Assembly: GCA_041661305.1 (NCBI GenBank)
Contig: JBAZUR010000001.1
Coordinates: 234,101 to 298,100 of the forward strand
Origin: Minisyncoccota bacterium
GTDB lineage: Bacteria; Patescibacteriota; Minisyncoccia; Phycocordibacterales; VMEP01
Direction: 5' to 3'
DNA length: 64,000 bases
Part shown: positions 18,767 through 28,581 of the stretch, piece after piece
How positions within the stretch are numbered: the first letter of the stretch is position 1
Layout of the letters: every line of letters starts with the position of its first letter
The notes under the pieces: generated by a model
Told to the model about the DNA's origin: nothing
Seen by the model: only the letters and a program-made list of their open reading frames with translations
Databases searched by the model: none
Program-made: the position numbers and the translations under genes

Positions 18767-19201
18767 TTATATTGCCCCTATCTCACCTAACTTCTCTGCC
18801 ATCAAATCTGCCTGCTTACCGATATTTGCTTTGTATTCACCCCAAAGCTTTTCGTTCCAAATCTCGATGCGTCCATAAACGCCCGCGATGACGACCTTGC
18901 TCTTGAGCTCTGCGAAATCTTTTAATGCATCGGGAATCAAAACTCTTCCCAATGAATCAACGTCTGTCTCAAACGCGCTCGAAAGCATAAAACGAGAGAA
19001 GCCACGCATATCTCCTCGTCCTAGTGGTAGCTCGGAAAGTTTATCCGCAAGCTTTTCCCACTGAGGCATGGTGTACACGAAAAGACACTTATCCAGTCCG
19101 TTCGTTATTACCACTTTCTTCCCCACCTCTTTTCTGAACTTGGCGGGCAAAGAAACTCTTTTTTTATCATCCAACGTGTGGACGTATTCCCCTATAAGCA
19201 T
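18767..19201 (-). CDS. mraZ: Division/cell-wall cluster regulator MraZ (start MLIGEY)
   Basis: LDDKKRVSLPAKFR; DSLGRVLIP; IEIW. Confidence 0.95.
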   Translation of the reverse strand: MLIGEYVHTLDDKKRVSLPAKFRKEVGKKVVITNGLDKCLFVYTMPQWEKLADKLSELPLGRGDMRGFSRFMLSSAFETDVDSLGRVLIPDALKDFAELKSKVVIAGVYGRIEIWNEKLWGEYKANIGKQADLMAEKLGEIGAI

Positions 19202-19254
19202 GGCTTTTAATTTCGTACCCATCGTTTCCGTTAAATGGCTAAAAACAGAAGCGA

Positions 19255-19349
19255 TGTGGATAAAGTGGGCTAGCTAAAAATTTTCCACTTCATACCACTG
19301 CATACCATTATACCCCACCAGCTACCACTACATAGCAAAGTTATCCACA
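19255..19349 (-). promoter_or_regulatory. MraZ operator repeats flanked by two perfect DnaA boxes
   Basis: CCAC/CCAT at 19285, 19295, 19305, 19315, 19325 (GTGG, 10-bp period); TGTGGATAA 19255-19263; TTATCCACA 19341-19349. Confidence 0.8.
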
Positions 19350-19521
19350 AAATTACACCAGGAAATAACTTCCATTAAAAGGCAATGGCGCTTCGTTTTT
19401 ATCCTTATGTACAAACAAAAAACCACCCTAGCATTTACGCCAAGGTGGTTTTTTGTTGATAATATATTTCCCTAAAATCGCCGGTCTTAAAAGATGAGTG
19501 ATCTTGGGGAAATTATTTGAT

Positions 19522-19644
19522 TTACGCTAAATCAACAGCCTCTGTGGTTTCTTCTGTTGAAGAAGCTTCAGCAACTGTACCTTCGTCTGCAACAACGACA
19601 GTTTCTGTCGTCTCTTCTGTTCCTTCGTTTAAAATAACATCCAT
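19522..19644 (-). CDS. 40-aa highly acidic small protein
   Basis: Below ORF-track cutoff: MDVILNEGTEETTETVVVADEGTVAEASSTEETTEAVDLA; hairpin downstream near 19415-19455. Confidence 0.55.
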   Translation of the reverse strand: MDVILNEGTEETTETVVVADEGTVAEASSTEETTEAVDLA

Positions 19645-19786
19645 AGTAGTTTTTCTAAAAGGTTATCCTGACAATAAAATCCCGATTCGACTGCGTTATA
19701 TTAACACGAAAAAATAAAACACGCAAGTAGGTATTTAGAGGCTTCGCCTCCAAGTGGTTATTTTCTTTTCTAATTAACTAAAATCT

Positions 19787-20446
19787 CTATTTATCGAGCG
19801 TCCAATAATCACCCCTTCCAACAATTTCTAACCTAGAGCCATCTATTTTAATTGCTGTCTCATCGTCGGTGGCATACACTAAAACATTAAACCTTGTTTT
19901 CTCTATATTATTTAAAAATTCTTTTCTTACGTGTTTAAACCACTCAGAATTAAGGTGTGGTATAAAAGCAAAATCATACAATCCCATTGGAGTTCCCTCT
20001 TCGCCACCATAGTCCTCTTCTGGAAATATTTCACTATTTAAATCTTCTGACAAAAAGTGCCCAGCAACCATGCTCCCTGCGCTTATTCCCATGTACACTT
20101 TTGTATTAAGTAACGGTAAAAGAAATTCTCTTATTTTATTTTCTTTAATTATTCTCGATAGATATTTTTCATTTCCTCCACCAAAGCAAATTATGTCTGC
20201 CGCCAAAAAGTGAGGTTCCCAAACCCCTGCCGGTAAAGCAACGTCGATGATGTCAATTGATTTAAAACTATATTTCTGAAAATCTTTTAAATTTTCTATA
20301 ACCCAACCCTTATCATCTATTCCAGGGTTTGCTGCTGTTGGGACAAAAAGAATAGATACTTCTGCTAGTGGTTTACCAACAAGCTCTTCGAGAGCTTTTG
20401 CTATGTGCTCATTTTTTAACCCACTAGAGGTAAGTAATAATCTCAT
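19787..20446 (-). CDS. Peptidase S51 (peptidase E)-like protein
   Basis: LLLTSSG, FVPTA, GGGNE, GISAGS, PHLN. Confidence 0.85.
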   Translation of the reverse strand: MRLLLTSSGLKNEHIAKALEELVGKPLAEVSILFVPTAANPGIDDKGWVIENLKDFQKYSFKSIDIIDVALPAGVWEPHFLAADIICFGGGNEKYLSRIIKENKIREFLLPLLNTKVYMGISAGSMVAGHFLSEDLNSEIFPEEDYGGEEGTPMGLYDFAFIPHLNSEWFKHVRKEFLNNIEKTRFNVLVYATDDETAIKIDGSRLEIVGRGDYWTLDK

Positions 20447-20454
20447 TTATTGTT

Positions 20455-21924
20455 TTATTCTCTCGGTCGCATCGTTGGGAACAAAATAACCTCTTTAATA
20501 TTTTTCGTATTTGTCAGAATCATTACTAGTCTATCAATTCCAATTCCAACTCCAGCAGCTGGTGGCATTCCGTATTCCATTGACTCAAGGTAGCTCTCGT
20601 CCGATGGAGAAACTTCCCCTTCTCCAGCACGCTTCTTTTTGTCTTGTTCAACATATCTTTCACGCTGGTCACTTGGATCGTTGAGCTCAGAAAAAGCATT
20701 AACAACTTCAAATCCTCCGACAACAAGTTGGAATCTATCAATAAAATTCTGATTGTCTTCTTTTCGTTTTGCGAAAGGAGAAAATTCTACAGGATAATCA
20801 ACAATGAATGTTGGTTGAATTAGTTTTGGTCGACAGGTTTTTTTATAAATATTGTCGATAATTTTTTCTTTTGCGTCCGAAGGAGCAACATCAATACCAA
20901 GTTGTTTTGCTTTTAAGGATAATTCATCTTTTGTTGCCACTATCAAATCAGGGATAAGGGCGTGTCGCTTTAGCAAATCAGAATAAGAAATAACACTGAA
21001 TGGTTTTCCGAAATCAATTATTTCTTCCCCGTGTTCTACTTGCCCTTTCTTCACAACTTTCTTTGCAACGCGTCTTACAAGCGCTTCAACAAACTTCATC
21101 GCCTTCTTGGCATCACTATATGCCTCATAAAATTCAAGCATCGTAAACTCGGGGTTATGAGTGACATCAATCCCCTCGTTTCTAAAATTACGCCCAAGTT
21201 CAAAAACTTTTCTGAACCCTCCAACCAAAAGTTGTTTCAAATATAGTTCTGGCGCGATACGCAAAAACAAATCAATATCTAGCGCATTGTGGTGAGTTGA
21301 AAAAGGCTCGGCGGTTGCTCCGCCTGCAAGTGGTTGGAGAAGTGGTGTTTCTACCTCAAGAAATCCATTCTCATTAAGCGCTAGACGAATTTCACTTATA
21401 ACCGTTGAGCGAACAATAAAACGATCACGAATTTCTGGTGCCATTAATGTGTCGAGATAACGACGACGGAATCTTTCCTCAACATCCTGTAATCCATGCC
21501 ACTTGTCAGGAAGCGGACGTAAACTCTTTGAAAGCATTCTCCAGTTGGTGACAAGAATTGTTTTTTCTTTTCGTTTCGTTACAAATAAATTTCCAGATAC
21601 TTCGACAAAATCTCCTATATCAACAGTATCTCTAAAAAGCTCAAAGACTGCGTCTTCTATTTCTCCCTTTTTAAGAAGCCCCTGAAACACTCCTGTGCCG
21701 TCGTTTAAATCAAAAAATATTAGCGCACCCTGTCCCCGCACAGACATAATACGCCCAACCAAAGACAATGGTTTCTTGCGCTTGGATAATTTAGAAAATT
21801 GAGTAACCGCCTCAAGAAGTGTGGCATCTACGTTTGAAACGATTGGGTAAGGCAAAACGCCCATCTCCTTCAAGACCGCGAGCTTTTTTAACCTTTCGTT
21901 TCGAATCTCTTCAAGTGAAGCCAT
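20455..21924 (-). CDS. lysS: Lysine--tRNA ligase (class II)
   Basis: GGATAEPF.THHNA, LRIAPELYLK, FRNEG, HNPEFT, GIGIDRL. Confidence 0.97.
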   Translation of the reverse strand: MASLEEIRNERLKKLAVLKEMGVLPYPIVSNVDATLLEAVTQFSKLSKRKKPLSLVGRIMSVRGQGALIFFDLNDGTGVFQGLLKKGEIEDAVFELFRDTVDIGDFVEVSGNLFVTKRKEKTILVTNWRMLSKSLRPLPDKWHGLQDVEERFRRRYLDTLMAPEIRDRFIVRSTVISEIRLALNENGFLEVETPLLQPLAGGATAEPFSTHHNALDIDLFLRIAPELYLKQLLVGGFRKVFELGRNFRNEGIDVTHNPEFTMLEFYEAYSDAKKAMKFVEALVRRVAKKVVKKGQVEHGEEIIDFGKPFSVISYSDLLKRHALIPDLIVATKDELSLKAKQLGIDVAPSDAKEKIIDNIYKKTCRPKLIQPTFIVDYPVEFSPFAKRKEDNQNFIDRFQLVVGGFEVVNAFSELNDPSDQRERYVEQDKKKRAGEGEVSPSDESYLESMEYGMPPAAGVGIGIDRLVMILTNTKNIKEVILFPTMRPRE

Positions 21925-22005
21925 AATTGGCCAATTATACCGTTTTTAATAAAAAAACGAAAATCATAATGATTTTTTTATAATTATTTATTATTAAGCT
22001 TTTGC

Positions 22006-22220
22006 ATTAAAAAACACACATGTCCGCCCCTGCTGTAAAAGTCGCGCGTCAATGGACGGTCGTGCGACATGATTTCGCCTAAATCATATTCTCGTGCCAC
22101 GCATAATTTCTTGCTAGAAATTAGCTCGGCCCCGACTCGCCTCGTCAGGCTCCGTCTCTCAATTGCTTCACATATCGCAATTGAGCGTCGCACTGCGCAA
22201 TGTTTTTTGAGGGGTATTTT
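22006..22220 (-). repeat. Composite structured repeat: type A copy interrupted by a type B core and further hairpins
   Basis: CATTGCGCAGTGCGACG|insert with AGACGGAGCCTGACGAGGCGAGTCGGGG..CT-AGCA-AG..ATGCGTG|GCACGAG...CAGCAGGGGCGGACATGTGTGTTTTTT. Confidence 0.8.
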
Positions 22221-22294
22221 GGTGATATTGAATTCAAAAATACAACTCGCTTGGATTTTAGGAAAACACAGATGAGCCTGCTACAATTTAATAT

Positions 22295-22633
22295 ATGTCA
22301 GAAAAATTCAACCCACAACCAAATGAAAATGAGGTGAAAAATCCCTCAGAAAGGATAGCTGATTTGTCTATACTATTTAGCGAAGCCGAGTCTATTCTCT
22401 CTTCCGAGGGACGAGAGAGCGCAAAGTTATTAACACCTAAAATTTACAATGAATTAATCTCTTTAAACAAAAGGGATAAAGGAGAATATTTAACTTTATG
22501 GGTTTGGAACCCAGATGGAGATTTGAGTGAGGAGGAATTTAACGCCTTAAATCTTAAAAGAAAGTTACTGTCCAACGCCATTGGTATTATGACCGCATCT
22601 GGTGAAGTTAGGCACGACTTAAACGAGATTTAA
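22295..22633 (+). CDS. Hypothetical 112-aa protein between two structured repeats
   Basis: Clean ORF; TGcTACAAT 7 nt before ATG; no recognisable family. Confidence 0.7.
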   Translation: MSEKFNPQPNENEVKNPSERIADLSILFSEAESILSSEGRESAKLLTPKIYNELISLNKRDKGEYLTLWVWNPDGDLSEEEFNALNLKRKLLSNAIGIMTASGEVRHDLNEI

Positions 22634-22698
22634 ATACAAGTAACACTTTCAGTGGTATCTCGAAAAAAACCAAAGTCTATTGTATTCCTGATACCCCA

Positions 22699-22788
22699 GA
22701 GATACTATAGAAAGACATTGCGCAGTGCGACGGCACGAGCATAGCAAAAACTTAGCAAAGTTTTATGTGTGTCTTTCGATAGTATCTC
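22699..22788 (+). repeat. Structured repeat, type A copy 3
   Basis: Same core as 4304 with AAAACTT-AGCA-AAGTTTT; IR GAGATACTATAGAAAGAC/GTCTTTCGATAGTATCTC; right arm also repeated directly at 22646-22669. Confidence 0.85.
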
Positions 22789-22798
22789 GAAAAAAATC

Positions 22799-23257
22799 TT
22801 ATTCTATATCTACGATTTCGTATTGAGTGACTCCTCCTGGAGTTTTGAACTTAACAACTTCTCCTTTTTTCTTACCAAAAAGCGCTATTCCGAGAGGAGA
22901 CATATTTGAAATCTTACCAACAGACATATCTGCTTCCTCAGAACCAACAACCTCAAATTTTTGAGTTACAGAACTTCCTGATTTTTTAACGTGAACAGTT
23001 GAACCAACTTCCACCATATTGCTGTGGTGTTTTTCAATAACAACAGCTGACTTTAGTATTTCCTCAATCTGAGCTATGCGCTCTTCTGTTTTGGCCTGAT
23101 CTTCGCGGGCTTGAAGGTATTCTGCATTTTCCGAAAGGTCTCCAAGAGACTTTGCATATTCAAGTTGTTCCGCAATTTCTTTGCGTTTTGTCCCTTTCAA
23201 GAACAAGACCTCAGCCGATAATTCCTCAATTTTTTGTTTACTTAATTGATATTCCAT
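22799..23257 (-). CDS. greA: Transcription elongation factor GreA
   Basis: GDLSENAEY; ISNMSPLGIAL.GK; TPGG. Confidence 0.95.
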   Translation of the reverse strand: MEYQLSKQKIEELSAEVLFLKGTKRKEIAEQLEYAKSLGDLSENAEYLQAREDQAKTEERIAQIEEILKSAVVIEKHHSNMVEVGSTVHVKKSGSSVTQKFEVVGSEEADMSVGKISNMSPLGIALFGKKKGEVVKFKTPGGVTQYEIVDIE

Positions 23258-23389
23258 AATTTAATAGTTGCGGTATTGTAGCGAAAAAGTGACCCGAAAG
23301 CAACAAACAGTAAAACTACAAAAGAAATAGCTAGATTAGTAAAATTAGTTCATTTAAACACAATAGAAACTATCCACTAACCAAATTCC

Positions 23390-25075
23390 CTATTTAAAAT
23401 ACTCCGGAGTATTAACTGTCATCCACTCAAGAACCTGACGCATAACATAAAGCCCTCCGATTGTATTTTCATGAGGCCCTCTCTCCATCACCACAACAAA
23501 AGCATAGCGTGGATTTTCGTATGGGAAAAATCCAGTAATCCAAGAGTTAACAAACTGTTTCTGTGCGCCGAGCTCTGCAGTACCGGTCTTTGCCCCAACA
23601 GAAACACCACCCATCTGAAGACCTTTTGCGGTACCCTCATCAACAGCCAACTTCATCCCCTCTCGTATAATCCTAAAATTATCAGCGGAAATAGAAACAA
23701 CTTTCGTTGGAAGATTCTGTTCTCCTGTTGTTATATGTGGGGTATAAAGTTTCCCCCCGTTTGCAACTGCAGCTATAGCGCGCACTAATTGAAGTGGCGA
23801 AACCTGAGAACCATATTGCCCAATCGAAGTATGATACGTGTCGCCTAAAAGCCATTTTGCACCATCGAAATTTTTTTCTTTCCACTCTGGGCTAGGAATG
23901 GTTCCTGCAACCTCTGTCGCAAAGTTAATACCAATTTTCTCGCCAAAGCCAAAAGCTCGCATTATGTTTCCAATCTCCACAACACCCAATCCTTTTTGGT
24001 CCGCATATCCACCGCCGATAGCATAAAAATAAACGTCACTCGAGACAGCGAGGGCTCGCCTTACATCTGTCCATCCATTTGCCCTCCAGTCCTTAAAAAT
24101 AGATGGTTTGTCTGGAAAATACGGATTTGGGATAGAGATGGAGCCAGAAGAATAAATCTGCTTGTTTGGGTCAATTATCTTTTTTTCTAGAGCACCTGCA
24201 GCAAGAAACGGTTTTACGGTTGACCCCGGAGTATACAACCCCGCTGTCACGCGGTTTAGAAATGGTTTATTTTTATTTGAAAGAAGCGCATTTATGATGC
24301 GAGTCTCATCTCCGTTTGAAAGTATTTGGGAGTTATATTCTGGATAACTAGTAAGTGCGAGTATCTCTCCATTATTAACATCTATGATAACCCCCGCCCC
24401 GCCCGTAAAACCAACCTGATTTGAAAGAGCCTCCATACTCTCGTAAAGCTTCGCAGAAACACGTGCGTCAACAGAAAGCGTCACGTTTCCTCCATCAACA
24501 GGAAGCCTCTGTGACACTTCTGATTTTAATTTTCCCGTCACATCTGACTCAACCAATCTGACCCCATTTTCGCCACGCAACATTTCATCAAATTCTCTTT
24601 CTGCACCCTGCTGGCCGGTTATTTCTGTTTGCCAAAAGTTACCACTGGAATCTAGTTTGGGATGACTTACGTAACCAACAAGATGAGCAAGACCGGGCGC
24701 AGTAGAATAGCTACGTTTTGGAAACAAATCATTTTCCCCAATCGTATTCCAAGCCAATTCAGTTTTATTTCGATCATAAATAACCCCCCTCACTGAAAAA
24801 ATCGGGATGTGTTTGAGGTGATTGCGCTCACTTGTTCGAGCGTATTCTTCCCCGAGAGCAACTTGGAACCACCAAACACGACCAACGAAAATCAAACCAA
24901 CCAACGCAAAAAACCCTCCAATCAAAAAAATACTCCCCCTAGAAATTGGCTTTTCAATTCTTCCTTCCATGTGATGAGTATCAAACCCGGGACGGTTCGC
25001 AGAATCTAGAAAAATCTCATCGGGGTCGAAGTTTTTTGAGATTATTGAATTTCTTTTATTTCTTCTAAATATCAT
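23390..25075 (-). CDS. mrdA: Penicillin-binding protein 2
   Basis: RGVIYDRN, PGSTVK, SSDVYFY, KTGTAE; follows mreBC. Confidence 0.88.
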   Translation of the reverse strand: MIFRRNKRNSIISKNFDPDEIFLDSANRPGFDTHHMEGRIEKPISRGSIFLIGGFFALVGLIFVGRVWWFQVALGEEYARTSERNHLKHIPIFSVRGVIYDRNKTELAWNTIGENDLFPKRSYSTAPGLAHLVGYVSHPKLDSSGNFWQTEITGQQGAEREFDEMLRGENGVRLVESDVTGKLKSEVSQRLPVDGGNVTLSVDARVSAKLYESMEALSNQVGFTGGAGVIIDVNNGEILALTSYPEYNSQILSNGDETRIINALLSNKNKPFLNRVTAGLYTPGSTVKPFLAAGALEKKIIDPNKQIYSSGSISIPNPYFPDKPSIFKDWRANGWTDVRRALAVSSDVYFYAIGGGYADQKGLGVVEIGNIMRAFGFGEKIGINFATEVAGTIPSPEWKEKNFDGAKWLLGDTYHTSIGQYGSQVSPLQLVRAIAAVANGGKLYTPHITTGEQNLPTKVVSISADNFRIIREGMKLAVDEGTAKGLQMGGVSVGAKTGTAELGAQKQFVNSWITGFFPYENPRYAFVVVMERGPHENTIGGLYVMRQVLEWMTVNTPEYFK

Positions 25076-25085
25076 TCTTTTAATT

Positions 25086-25376
25086 TTAATAGAAAGAGAG
25101 ACGACGCTTAAGCCAAGAAATCACAAAGTAAAAAACAGTAGCAAAAAGAGTGGAGACCAAGGGGAAATTGTAAAACTTTTCCTCTGGTATGCCATAAAGA
25201 AGGTCAATTAATAATAATGCAAAAATTCCCTCGAAGTATTTTTCAAATAAAAATAATCCAGCAATGTATAAAACAAAACTACACCACCATGGCGCAAAAA
25301 ATATACTGGAAACAAGAATCGCAAAAAACAAGATTCGAACTCCTAAAATAAATGAAAAAGACTTTTCGTTATTCAT
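25086..25376 (-). CDS. Small membrane protein at the mreD position
   Basis: Hydrophobic, LIDLLYG; lies between mreC and pbp2. Confidence 0.55.
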   Translation of the reverse strand: MNNEKSFSFILGVRILFFAILVSSIFFAPWWCSFVLYIAGLFLFEKYFEGIFALLLIDLLYGIPEEKFYNFPLVSTLFATVFYFVISWLKRRLSFY

Positions 25377-25377
25377 T

Positions 25378-26169
25378 TCAATTGATTAGTACCTCAACAA
25401 GTTTTAATTCCTGCATATTAAACGGGGTCTTCAGCAAGATAACCTGAAAAGGGCTTCGTGGATCATTCACAACTGCACCAACCGTAGCAATCAAAAATGG
25501 GTTGAGTCCTAAAGAAACAACTTGTGCATCAACAGGAACATTAACATCCCTCGGAAGAGTAGCTTCAAAATTGCCGTTTCCTAAACCACGTAAAGAGACG
25601 CTTATATTGCCTTCAGATATTAGCCCTGCAGTTATCTTTCCTGGTGAAGAAAACATTTCAACTTTGGAAGTGGCGTCACCAACATTAAAAACTTCGCCAA
25701 CAACCGTACCTCCATATGTCAAAACCTGAGCTCCATTAACTATTCCACTATCAACCCCAACATCAAGGACCATGGTGTCATACGGAGAACGATTTGGTTT
25801 TGCAATTATTGCAGCGAGTACTGATCTTTTTTCAGATTTTCTCCCAAGAATATCCTTGAGTTCTGTGTTTTCCTGTGCCAATCTATCTCGCTCAAGAGAA
25901 AGAAGAGCAAAGCCAACATGTTCTGCTTTTAGGCGTGTATTTTCTTGAGAAAGTGAATTCTTAAACTGTATTGCTGACCAAAAACCAGAAAAGAAACTAG
26001 CAACACCGTCCTTTCCTTCAGAAACCAAAGCCAAAGAATTTTGAGTGCTATTTCCAAGCTGTGCAACAAACCCTTTCGCATAAACACCAGACACCACAAT
26101 GAGAGTGAGGGCAATCACAGGAACAAATACTTTAAAATAATTTTTCTTTTTATCTCGGTGGTAAATCAT
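25378..26169 (-). CDS. mreC: Rod shape-determining protein MreC
   Basis: TM, coiled coil (ENTELKDILG), LDVG..SGI; follows mreB. Confidence 0.88.
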   Translation of the reverse strand: MIYHRDKKKNYFKVFVPVIALTLIVVSGVYAKGFVAQLGNSTQNSLALVSEGKDGVASFFSGFWSAIQFKNSLSQENTRLKAEHVGFALLSLERDRLAQENTELKDILGRKSEKRSVLAAIIAKPNRSPYDTMVLDVGVDSGIVNGAQVLTYGGTVVGEVFNVGDATSKVEMFSSPGKITAGLISEGNISVSLRGLGNGNFEATLPRDVNVPVDAQVVSLGLNPFLIATVGAVVNDPRSPFQVILLKTPFNMQELKLVEVLIN

Positions 26170-27205
26170 CTTGTTTTTCAATAAGAATATCCTGATGGAA
26201 AACAAGGTCTTCCAAAATAATTCCAGTTCCTCTCGCTACAGCCGAAAGAGGATCGTCAGAAATATAAACTGGAATCTTCAAAACGCTATTGAGGTATGGG
26301 GCAAGTCCTTGAATAAGAGCTCCTCCTCCAACCAAGACGATACCACGATTCATAATATCGGATGTAACTTCGGGTGGTGTTCGTTCAAGCACCTCTTTAA
26401 CTGAATCCATCAAATTACCAATGGATGCGGAAATCGCTTCTCTAATGTCAGCGTCGGTGACTATAACTTCGCGAGGTAATCCTGTTATCAAGTCTCGTCC
26501 TTTTATTGATGACTCAATTGTCTCTCCTGTATCGAAAACAGAACCAATTGCAATCTTTACGCCTTCAGCTGTTTTCTCCCCTATCAATATTTTAAACTCA
26601 TCACGCAAATACGAAATAATATCTTCATTCAATCTATCTCCGGCAATTTTCAGATTTTTCGAAGCAACAATACCACCAAGAGAAATGACGGCAATGTCTG
26701 TTGTTCCACCACCAATATCAATAATCATTGAACCAACAGGATCTTTAACAGGAAGACGAATTCCAATCGCTGCAGCCATTGGTTCCTCAACAATGTGCAC
26801 TTCGCGAGCGCCAGCGTTCCTGGTTGCATCATAAACCGCGCGAATCTCCACGTTGGTAATACCGGAAGGCACACCCACAACAACGCGAGGGCGAATTGGT
26901 TTTTTTGCAATACGGTCAGCTTTGTTGATTAGATAAGCAATCATCTCCTCTGTCACTTCAAAGTCAGATATAACTCCATCAACCAATGGACGAATGGCCT
27001 TGATATGCCCTGGCGTACGTCCCAACATTTGCTTTGCTTCCATACCGACAGCAACAACTTGTCCCGTTTTTTGATTAACAGCGACAACAGACGGTTCGTT
27101 GATAACAATGCCGTGCCCTTTCAGATAAACAAGCGTATTTGCAGTACCAAGATCAATACCGATATCGTTTGAGAAAACTGAGTAAATTTTGTCGAATGGT
27201 TTCAT
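26150..27205 (-). CDS. mreB: MreB actin-like protein
   Basis: IDLGTANT, EPSVVA, DIGGGTTD. Confidence 0.95.
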   Translation of the reverse strand: MKPFDKIYSVFSNDIGIDLGTANTLVYLKGHGIVINEPSVVAVNQKTGQVVAVGMEAKQMLGRTPGHIKAIRPLVDGVISDFEVTEEMIAYLINKADRIAKKPIRPRVVVGVPSGITNVEIRAVYDATRNAGAREVHIVEEPMAAAIGIRLPVKDPVGSMIIDIGGGTTDIAVISLGGIVASKNLKIAGDRLNEDIISYLRDEFKILIGEKTAEGVKIAIGSVFDTGETIESSIKGRDLITGLPREVIVTDADIREAISASIGNLMDSVKEVLERTPPEVTSDIMNRGIVLVGGGALIQGLAPYLNSVLKIPVYISDDPLSAVARGTGIILEDLVFHQDILIEKQDDLPPR

Positions 27206-27213
27206 TTAATTAT

Positions 27214-28458
27214 TTAGGAAAGTTCTGCGATTATCTTATCGATTGCCACAATACTGGAATCTTTTTCTGTACGCTTTTTTACTTCAACTCCCCCAGCCTT
27301 CAAACTTTTTTCTGATACCAACACTCGATATGGGATTCCAATCAAATCCGCATCTGCAAATTTTTCTCCCGCAGTTTTATCTCCACGGTCATCATGAAGA
27401 GTTTCAATCCCTGCACTGTTCAACATTTCATAAACCTCCTTCGCTTTTTTAGAAACCTCTGCATCAGAACTAGCAAGCTCAAGTAGGTGCACTTTGAAAG
27501 GGGCAATCTCTTCTGGCCAAACCATTCCCTTATCGTCGGAAGTAACTTCAACCACGGTCCCCATTAATCTTCCTAGCCCAATACCATAACAACCCATGAT
27601 CACATCTTTGTCGCTACCATCTTCATCTTTGTATACAAGATTGAAAGGTTTGGAATATTTTGTCTTAAGTTCAAAAATGTTTCCAACTTCAATCGCCTTT
27701 TCTTTACGCAAATCAGATTCTCCACACTTGGGGCAAGTGCTCTGGTCGGCAATTATTTCCTCGTTAACAGCGATGCGGCAATTGTCGCAAATATGAATAG
27801 TATCTTCCCCCGCCACTGCGATTGTCTGAAATTCGTGGGAATATCTAGAAAAGCTACCACCCGAAGCAAAAGTAAAATATGTATTTTCGCCAATGCCTGC
27901 ACGCTTAAAGATATTTTCGTATGAAGTCTTCATAACTTCATAGTACTTTTTCAAATCTTCTTCGTCTTTGTGGAAGGAGTACAAATCTTTCATTATGAAT
28001 TCGCGCCCGCGCAAAATACCAGACTTCGCGCGCAACTCCATACGAAATTTATTTTGAATTTGATAAAGATAAACTGGAAGATCGCGATATGAAGAAACAA
28101 ATTTTTTCACCAACGGAACGACGACCTCTTCGTGCGTCGGACCGAGAGCATTCTCACGCCCAGAACTATCGGACACTTTATAAAGATCGTCCATTGTCTC
28201 CCAGCGACCAGTTGTCTCCCAATTTTCTTTCGGATGAAGCGATGGCATCAAAATTTCAACGCCTTCTGCCTTGTTCATTTCCTCGCGGATTATATTTTCA
28301 ATCTTTTTTAAAACACGTAAACCAAGTGGTAGGTATGTATAGACACCAGCTTGTAATTTATCGACAAAACCAGCTCTTATGAGAAGCTCCGCGTTTTTAG
28401 ACACCTCATCGGCAGGCGCTTCCTTTCGTGGTTTTGTAAAGAGTTTTGATTGCAACAT
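27214..28458 (-). CDS. proS: Proline--tRNA ligase (short form without editing domain)
   Basis: LGPTHEE, RGREFIMKDLYSF, IEVGNIF.L.TKYS, MGCYGIG. Confidence 0.95.
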   Translation of the reverse strand: MLQSKLFTKPRKEAPADEVSKNAELLIRAGFVDKLQAGVYTYLPLGLRVLKKIENIIREEMNKAEGVEILMPSLHPKENWETTGRWETMDDLYKVSDSSGRENALGPTHEEVVVPLVKKFVSSYRDLPVYLYQIQNKFRMELRAKSGILRGREFIMKDLYSFHKDEEDLKKYYEVMKTSYENIFKRAGIGENTYFTFASGGSFSRYSHEFQTIAVAGEDTIHICDNCRIAVNEEIIADQSTCPKCGESDLRKEKAIEVGNIFELKTKYSKPFNLVYKDEDGSDKDVIMGCYGIGLGRLMGTVVEVTSDDKGMVWPEEIAPFKVHLLELASSDAEVSKKAKEVYEMLNSAGIETLHDDRGDKTAGEKFADADLIGIPYRVLVSEKSLKAGGVEVKKRTEKDSSIVAIDKIIAELS

Positions 28459-28581
28459 AGTGCTATCTTACACTACTTTTTTAAGAAAAAGAAAAAATTG
28501 ACAAAACGAGGTAAATGACGTAAAGTTCGAAACAGAAATAATCTAGCTGGTTCTGTCACAAAACTGAATAAGGAGAATATC

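Noticed and set aside
19255-19349. Replication origin
   Set aside because: Only two DnaA boxes, no dnaA/dnaN nearby, and the context is the mraZ promoter
19733-19756. GAGGC-TTC-GCCTC mini-hairpin as a REP element
   Set aside because: Single short copy in this window and no associated tyrosine transposase; too little evidence
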